From the NCBI GenBank assembly GCA_964016885.1, contig OZ024746.1, forward strand, positions 23,436,001 through 23,500,000: a DNA stretch of 64,000 bases, in the 5' to 3' direction. Shown here piece by piece: positions 56,752-64,000 of the stretch. Source of the stretch: Eledone cirrhosa. Lineage: Eukaryota. Position numbers and translations under genes: made by a program. The notes under the pieces were generated by a model that worked only from the letters and a program-made list of their open reading frames with translations, was not told the DNA's origin and searched no databases. Within the stretch, counting starts at the first letter, position 1. Each line of letters begins with the position of its first letter.

Positions 56752-57215
56752 GACAGATGTGACCATCTTGACTTAACTGACCACAGACCGACAGATGTGA
56801 TCAGCTTGAATCAACTGACCACAGACCGACAGATTTGATCAGCTTGACTCATCTGACCACAGACCGACAGATGTGACCAGTTTAACTCAACTGACCACAG
56901 ATTGATAGATGTGATATGTTTGACCCAACAGATGTGACCAGTTTAACTCAACTGACTACAGTGTAACGGATGTAACCAGTTTGACTCAACTGGCCACAGA
57001 CCGACAGATGTAACCAGCTTGACTCAACTGACCACAGACCGATAGATGTGACCAGCTTGACTCAACTGACCATAGACTGACATGTGACCCGTTTGACTCA
57101 ACTGGCCACAGGCCAACAGATGTGACCAGCTTGAGTCAACTGACCACAGACCAACAGATGTGACCAGCTTGACTGAACTGATCACAGGCCGACAGATGTG
57201 ACCAGATTGACTCAA
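56752..57215. repeat. 38-bp minisatellite, about 12 copies
   Basis: gacagatgtgaccagcttgactcaactgaccacagacc. Confidence 0.92.
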
Positions 57216-58688
57216 TGGCTCAATTTAGACCACAGATATATTAACTGCCAAATTTGACCAGTTTCATTTTGTGCCTCAATTTAGACCACACCGATAGGAG
57301 TTAAACTTGTTCCTGTAATACAGGAAAACATACTCATCAGTTTTACAATAGAGCTATGACATATAGTGATGATTCATTCCGCCCTGTTGTACCTACTTGC
57401 GGTTAAGAGGACTGGGCCATTGAGAGCTAAGTGTCTCCACCATGGATAGACTATAGTATTGGTAATATGATATTAACTACTGTGTTTGTCTTTCATAGTC
57501 TAACACATATCCACAAACATACACACATATATACACAGATAGATATACGCATACATATACATGCACATACAGACACATACACACCCATACATAGACATAT
57601 ACTCTCACATAAACATACATACTCCCACACCTACATCATCATCACCATAGTGTTCATGTGCAGCACCCTATCAACTTCACACAGTAACACACACATATAT
57701 ATATATATATACACACATTGGGTACAATTTATCATGGCACCAGCACTAGGGAGGTTGCCATGTTTTTGACACAACTAAAGAGTTCTTGAGACCCTTAATT
57801 TGACACAGTTTTCTACAGTTGGATGCTCTTCCCAACACTAACCACTTTACAGAGTGAACTGGGTGTATTTTATCATGTCACCAACACTAGAGAGGTTGCA
57901 GTGCCCGATACACCTGAAATGTCCTCAACATGATTTCTACAGCTTGATGTACTTCTTATTACCACCTTATATGGTGCACTGAGTGCATTTTTCATTGCAT
58001 GGTTTTCTATGACTGGAATCCTTTCCTAACACTAATAACTTTACAGAATGTACTGGGTGCATTTTATCCTGGTACCTGCACTGGGGGTGGTTGTCAGTTA
58101 TTAACTCAACCAATGAGTCCTCTCAACATCATTGTCATTGTTTTCATGTCCACATATTACATGTTGGCATGGGCCGGATGAGACATTTTGAGGCAGTATT
58201 CTATGTGATATGTGATAGTCTCGTAACTCCTGTTGGAGTTGTAGGGGCACTGTATATGGTGTTTCTTGGGCCTTTTAAGCCTGGTGGATCCCAACACTCT
58301 CTCGGTCTGAATACATCAAATTTCTTCCTGAGAAGGATTGAGAAAGAGAAAGCAAGAAAGAAATATAGAAGAAGAATTGATACTTTTTTTTATCAGCCTT
58401 GAAAGGTTGAAAAGCAAAGTTGACCATGGGGGTATTTGAACTAAGCAGGGAATCAGAAAAATACTGCAAAGCATTCTGTCCCACATTCTAAAGATGCTGC
58501 CAATTTGCCACCTTTATTCTATGGCCACATGTATACCTAGACTTATTTTTTAAGTATTGGGTCACTTTCACTTAAGAGTATATTTCTTAAAATCATATTC
58601 ACTTAAAAATAATTTTTTAAATAATTAAAATATACACAGACATGTATATACTGTAAAATGAAATTAGAAGGCCCATATAAACACTGGT

Positions 58689-58741
<53 letters not shown>

Positions 58742-59332
58742 GCAAACTTAGAAACCCTTCCTATTTAGTAGGAAATATTCACTATACACTACACACATCC
58801 TGTCCTAACACAATTTATATGATACATATGACTTAATATTCAGTCACCAAATTTTAGTTAGATACAGTAATGCAGTGTTCGATTCTTTGAAGTCACCTGT
58901 TATAATTTCATTCAACAACACCACCAGCTCTCTCTCTCTCTTCCATTTTTCTTCTCTGTCTCCTTCTCTCTCTCTCTCTCTCTTCTTTTCAATCTACTCT
59001 CTCACAACAACTATCTCTTTCTCTCTCTTTATTTATGAAGGTACCCAGAAAAACCCCGTATCTCGGGAACCTGTGCTCTGATTTACGCGAAACTTGTTTT
59101 ATTTCATTTGTATTCCCATTTCAGGGGCAACTTCCTTTCAAAGTATTTTCCTATTATGCACCATTTTGGGTGTATTACATTACAGAGTTTTAGTAGTATA
59201 TAGATATAACATATATATTATATGTTTATATTTTGTAAATATTTATTATATGTACAGATTAAAGTTTACGCAAAGAATCGTTACTTTCATCCTTTCAGAA
59301 GATCCCGTAAAAGGGTGAAATGTATATATGTA

Positions 59333-59451
59333 TCTTGCCTGATTATAAACAGTCCCAACTCCAGAGTAACAAGACTCACTATTTAGCCTTAATAAAATAA
59401 ATATTAAAAGTCTACTTCAGTATTGACTACTCTTTTCTCTCAGCTGTCAAT
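59333..59451 (+). mobile_element. Penelope-like family C fragment with a deleted hammerhead
   Basis: tcttgc-CTGATTA...aactccagagTA^acaaga, then sequence matching the reverse complement of 24318-24410. Confidence 0.5.
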
Positions 59452-59460
59452 CACATACAG

Positions 59461-59464
<4 letters not shown>

Positions 59465-59511
<47 letters not shown>

Positions 59512-59580
59512 AATTATTGTGTACAATGCTCAGGTGCACTACAACTCATCAAAGGTGCATGTATAGTACATAGAATAATG
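59465..59580 (-). mobile_element. CR1 3' end with (AAT)n tail
   Basis: Reverse complement matches 19360-19428 (gagttgtagtgcacctgagcattgta..tttcattattatt). Confidence 0.8.
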
Positions 59581-59729
59581 TACAATATATATATATATAG
59601 CCAAAATCAGTTCTGTATGAGCAAGACATGGTCACCTGACCTGGCATTGCCCACAACCCATGCTAGCGTGGAAGAATGGACATAAAACGGTGATGATGAT
59701 GATGATGATGATGATATGTATATATATAT

Positions 59730-60072
59730 GTCATCATCATCATTTCATTTTACGTCCGCTTTTTCCCTGCTTGCAAGGGTGGGACGGGAACTGATACTGG
59801 CTTGATTTCTACAGCTGGATGCCCTTCCTAACACCAACCTCATTTACAGTGAGTGCTGGGTGCTTTTTTGCCGTGGCACCTCCACGACCACTTTGCAGTG
59901 GAATGATAGGGACCCTAGTCCCTATCATCTCATTTCTACAGCTGAGTAAACTGGAGCAATGTGAAATAAAGTGTCTTGCTCAAGGAAACAACACATCACC
60001 CGGTCTGAGAATTGAACTCACAACCTTTCGATTGCAAGGCCAATGCTCTAACCACTAAGCCATGTGCCTCCA
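59730..60072 (-). mobile_element. Composite SINE, near-identical to 30145-30490
   Basis: Same sequence and same internal junction as the first copy. Confidence 0.85.
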
Positions 60073-60313
60073 TATGTGTATATATATATATATATTGAAG
60101 TGCGATTTAATAATACGTAGATAAGGAAGTTAGTTAATTGTGTCTTGTTGGGTTGGGAGAAGGTTTAGTATAAAGTTTGACATGTTGGTCCATGCACATA
60201 TCAGTGAAATGACTCATATCCTTCTCCCCCTCCCACACACACACATACATACACACACACATCTTAATTTTCTTAGTCATTACAAATGTTTGTAATGTCT
60301 TTTATTGTTGTTG

Positions 60314-60357
<44 letters not shown>

Positions 60358-60502
60358 GTGTGTGTGTTAACATTTATTGTTTGTTTCTGTCAAGTAACTG
60401 AGAGGTTGGGCAAAAAGAGGGAGATGAATTAAGTACCAGATTACCAATCTGTGTGTGTGTGTCTGTGCACACATGTATGTATGTGTATATATATATATAT
60501 AT

Positions 60503-60969
60503 TTCGTTTCTGAATTTGTTTAGCAAGATTCTTTATCTGAAAACGTGTGTTGAAACTGATATTGTTATGCTTTGGGACAATTAAGGACAAAATGAAAACA
60601 CACACACACATAGAACAAACAACCAACCAGTAACATGTAAATAAACAAATAAATAAACAAATATAAACACACACAGACACCGGGATGTAACACATGCGCA
60701 AACAACACACACAAAAACAAGATGGCGTAGGACAGAACAAAGGAGAGGCACAAAAACAAAGAAAAGAATTCCTAGTCACTGAAGAGGTCACAGAATGTGT
60801 GACGAAAGAAATTTGACAATATATGAACAATCGTCTGGTTGTGGAACCAACCAACGAGAAATTTATAAATTCTTAAATTTATAAATTTAATTTATAATAA
60901 ATTGGAGTGAAAGCAACTGGTGCGTGTGTTTCTTATTGGCAACATGACCCTCCCAAAGCATAACAATAT
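60503..60969. mobile_element. Penelope-like foldback element, family D: tail 60503-60558, IR 60559-60577/60951-60969
   Basis: atattgttatgctttggga / tcccaaagcataacaatat; tail matches 46332-46386. Confidence 0.72.
60775..60817 (+). ncRNA. Type-I hammerhead motif
   Basis: gtca-CTGAAGA-g-gtcaca gaatg tgtgac-GAAA-gaaa-TT^tgac; stems I and II perfect, stem III decayed. Confidence 0.65.
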
Positions 60970-61771
60970 ATATATACAAACATCTGGTTGACTTAATATA
61001 TATATATATTCAAACAACTGGTTGACTTAAGAAGCATTGGGGAAGTTTGAAATGTGGTTGTCCCAATGCAAATTATTATGATAGTAGTAGATTACTAAAA
61101 ATAAAGAATAATAGTTGAGAAAATCAAGTAATGTACCCCAGGAGATGGAAAAAAAGTGTACAGAGGCACCTGGAACGAATACCACAAAGTACTCTATCCG
61201 CCATTTCACCTCAACTATGAGCTTACCATCTCTTAAATAGACAGAATTGGTTGTGTTATTACATAATTAAATTTAATTATGTAACAACACAACCCTGTCT
61301 TATTCATTCGTATAACAATAACCCATTGTATTCAATATGATCCAATATTACTTTTGGATACATACAACCAATGTGGAGTGCTTATTTCTATTTACATCAT
61401 AATTTATGGTTTGAGATGGTGCAAACACAACACTCACAATCAAATAAAGTCAACTATATATATATATTCACAATAGAGGGCACACAGGACAAAGACACTG
61501 TAAAAAACAATGGAAAAATAGACAATCCCATTTCCTCAATCAACCTCTGGAAATCAATATGGTTTTGGTGATTTATGGTTGATATTCATTCCAGGGCACA
61601 TCATTATCATCCTCATTTAACAAATATTTTCTATGCTTGCATGGATCAGATACATGCCTAGCTCACATACTTTGTTTTTGGTTTGGTTTTTGTCATGTCA
61701 TCAACACAACCTCCTTACATGGTGAACTGGGTGCTTTTTGTCATGGCACCAGCACTACCATATATATATAT

Positions 61772-63563
61772 GTCATTATGAGAGACTGATGAATGTGGAG
61801 AAAAAATGGGAGAGAGAGAAATCACCCTCAGTAGATCCGATAGAGGGACCAGCTATTGAGATTGATGAATATAGGGTCCAAGAGGCGATTAAGGAAATGA
61901 AAAATGGTAAGGCTGCTGGACCATCGGGGATAGTTGCTGAGATGCTGAAGGCATCAGGGGACGTAGGCACTAAACTGGTTGCACGCATCATCAATCAGGC
62001 TATATATGGTGGTGTCATACCCAAAGACTGGTGCAGCAGTATTCTCATCAATTGCTACAAAGGTAAAGAGGATGCTCTGGAGAGGAGCAATTATAGGGGT
62101 ACAAAACTGATGGATCAAGTTATGAAAGTGGCAGAAAGGATATTAGCACAACTAATTAGAGAAAGGGTCAAACTAGATGAGATGCAGTTTGGTTTTGTAC
62201 CTAGGAAGAGTACAACAGATGCCCTCTTCTTGGTGAGACAATTACAAGAGAGGTTCTTAGAGAAAAATTTGTTGACCTAGAGAAGGCCTTTGATAGGGTA
62301 CCCCGATCTGTCATCTGGTGGTCCCTAAGGAAACTAGGTGTTGAGGAATGGCTTGTGAGGACAGTGCAAACTTTCTACCGAGGTACTGTCAGTAAAATCA
62401 GAGTAGGAATGGAGTTTAGTGAGGAATTCCAGGTACAAGTAGGAGTACATCAAGGTTTAGTCCTCAGCCCCCTCTTGTTCATTATAGTCCTCCAAGCCAT
62501 AACAGAGGAGTTTTTAAGACTGGCTGTCCATGGGAACTTCTCTATGCTGACGATCTGGTTCTTATAGCAGATTCAGTAGAGGAGCTAGAGAATAAATTCT
62601 GGCTATGGAAACAGCAGTTGGAATTAAAAGGACTGAGAGTGAACCTAGCTAAGACAAAAGTGTTGATGAGTAGAAAAGAGGACAAAAGTGTTGATGAGTA
62701 GAAAAGAGGACAAAACTCTGATTCCGTCAGGGAAATGGCCATGTTCGATATGCAGAAGAGGAACTGGCATAAATTCTATAAAATGCACACAAGGCAGATC
62801 CTGGGTACACAAGAGATGTAGCGGGATAGCAGGCAAACTAACAGGTAGGGAGAAATACGTATGCAGTAGATGTACAGGGAAATTAGACAGTAGAAGTCGC
62901 ATTGATAGACACATTTTTCAAATGCAGTCGGGTGCTATAGAAGTGGTGGATAGCTTCCGGTACCTAGGAGATCAGATTAGCATGGGAGGGGGGTGTTCCG
63001 AGGCCATAGTATCTAGAATAAGGATGGTTGGAAGAAGTTTAGAGAGCTGCTTCCTCTGCTGATGAAGAAGGGTTTCTTCCTGCATACGAAAGGCCGGTTA
63101 TATGATGCCTGTGTGAGGAGTGCGATGCTGCATGGTAGTGAGACATAGGCAGCAACTGCAGAGGATATGCGATGGCTGGAGAGAAATGAGGCAAACATGC
63201 TCCGTTGGATGTGCAATGTCAATGTGCGTGAACGACCCAGCATGAATGTGTTGAGAGAGAAACTGTGTCTGAGACGGATAGAATGTAGTGTGCGAGAGAG
63301 GAGACTGAGGTGGTATGGACATGTGATGCGCATGGAGGATGACCGATGGGTGAAGAAGTGCCAGTTGAAGGAAGACATGGTAGAGGTAGACCATGAAAAA
63401 TATGGGCGGAGGTGGTGAGAACAGACCTCAGATCGCTGAAGCTCACGGTGGAGATGACAAAGGACCGTGACAAGTGGAGAGATGCTGTGCTGAATAAGAC
63501 CCGTCCCACCCTTGCAAGCAGGGAAGAGCGGACGTAAAATGATGATGATGATGATGATTATGA
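61772..63563 (+). mobile_element. 5'-truncated, frameshifted RTE-clade LINE (reverse transcriptase pseudogene with internal PHD-like finger)
   Basis: KAAGPSGI..NYRG.KL..QFGF.PRKSTTDA..DLEKAFDRV..GVHQG.VLSP.LF..LYADDL..FRYLGD..RLRWYGHV; (GAT)n tail. Confidence 0.95.
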
Positions 63564-63571
63564 TATATATA

Positions 63572-64000
63572 TGGGAACTCCTATATGCAGATGATCTAAC
63601 GGTCATAGCTGAATCAATGGCCGAGCTAGAGAAGAAATTCCAAACATGGAAGCACGGCCTAGAATCAAAAGGCCTTAAAATTAACCTGGCTAAGACTAAG
63701 TTCTAGTTTGTAGGAAAGAAAATAAGGCGCCGGTCCCTTCCGAGAAATGGCCATGCTCAGTGTGTAGGAAAGGCGTAGGTAGAAACTCCATTTTATGTCC
63801 CAAATGCAAAGTATGGGTGCATAAAAGATGTAGTGGGATCACAGGTAAGCTAACTAAGAACATAGATTTTACATGTGGCCGGTGCTCTGGTGCAATAAGT
63901 AGCAGCAAGTGCCCACAAAATACTAGCTCTTTCAATTGCGCAGAGGGTTCTATAGAAATAGTGGACAGCTTCCGTTACCTGGGTGACAAAATCAGCAGTG
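63572..64000 (+). mobile_element. Second RTE fragment of a related subfamily, running off the window
   Basis: WELLYADDL..GLKINLAKTK..KWPCSVCRKGVGRNSI.C..C..WVHKRCSGI..FRYLGD. Confidence 0.9.

Overview
AT-rich, repeat-dominated eukaryotic DNA. The SINE/LINE and microsatellite content is typical of a coleoid cephalopod (Octopus-like); this assignment is inference. The window opens with >8.5 kb of compound (TA/CA)n microsatellite, whose huge Y/I/M/C 'ORFs' are artefacts. One credible protein-coding gene is present: a two-exon CSKMT/METTL12-like mitochondrial lysine methyltransferase. Exon 1 (35317-35425) encodes a likely transit peptide, exon 2 (53091-53731) the catalytic domain, with a ~17.7 kb phase-1 intron and a 249 aa product. 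The rest is decayed RTE, CR1 and CRE-like non-LTR retrotransposons, tRNA/RTE-tail SINEs, hAT and piggyBac-like MITEs, an 84-bp tandem array and several minisatellites. The most striking unannotated signal is a set of short non-coding elements inserted in (TA)n tracts. They share a foldback architecture (inverted repeat plus one-sided tail) and carry minimal type-I hammerhead ribozyme motifs with palindromic stem III; about a dozen intact or decayed motifs from several families occur, consistent with Penelope-like pseudo-LTR derivatives. A 592-bp retrozyme-like unit with 94-bp direct repeats carries a U3-A8 covariant hammerhead. All alignments and folds were done by eye; no database searches were run.
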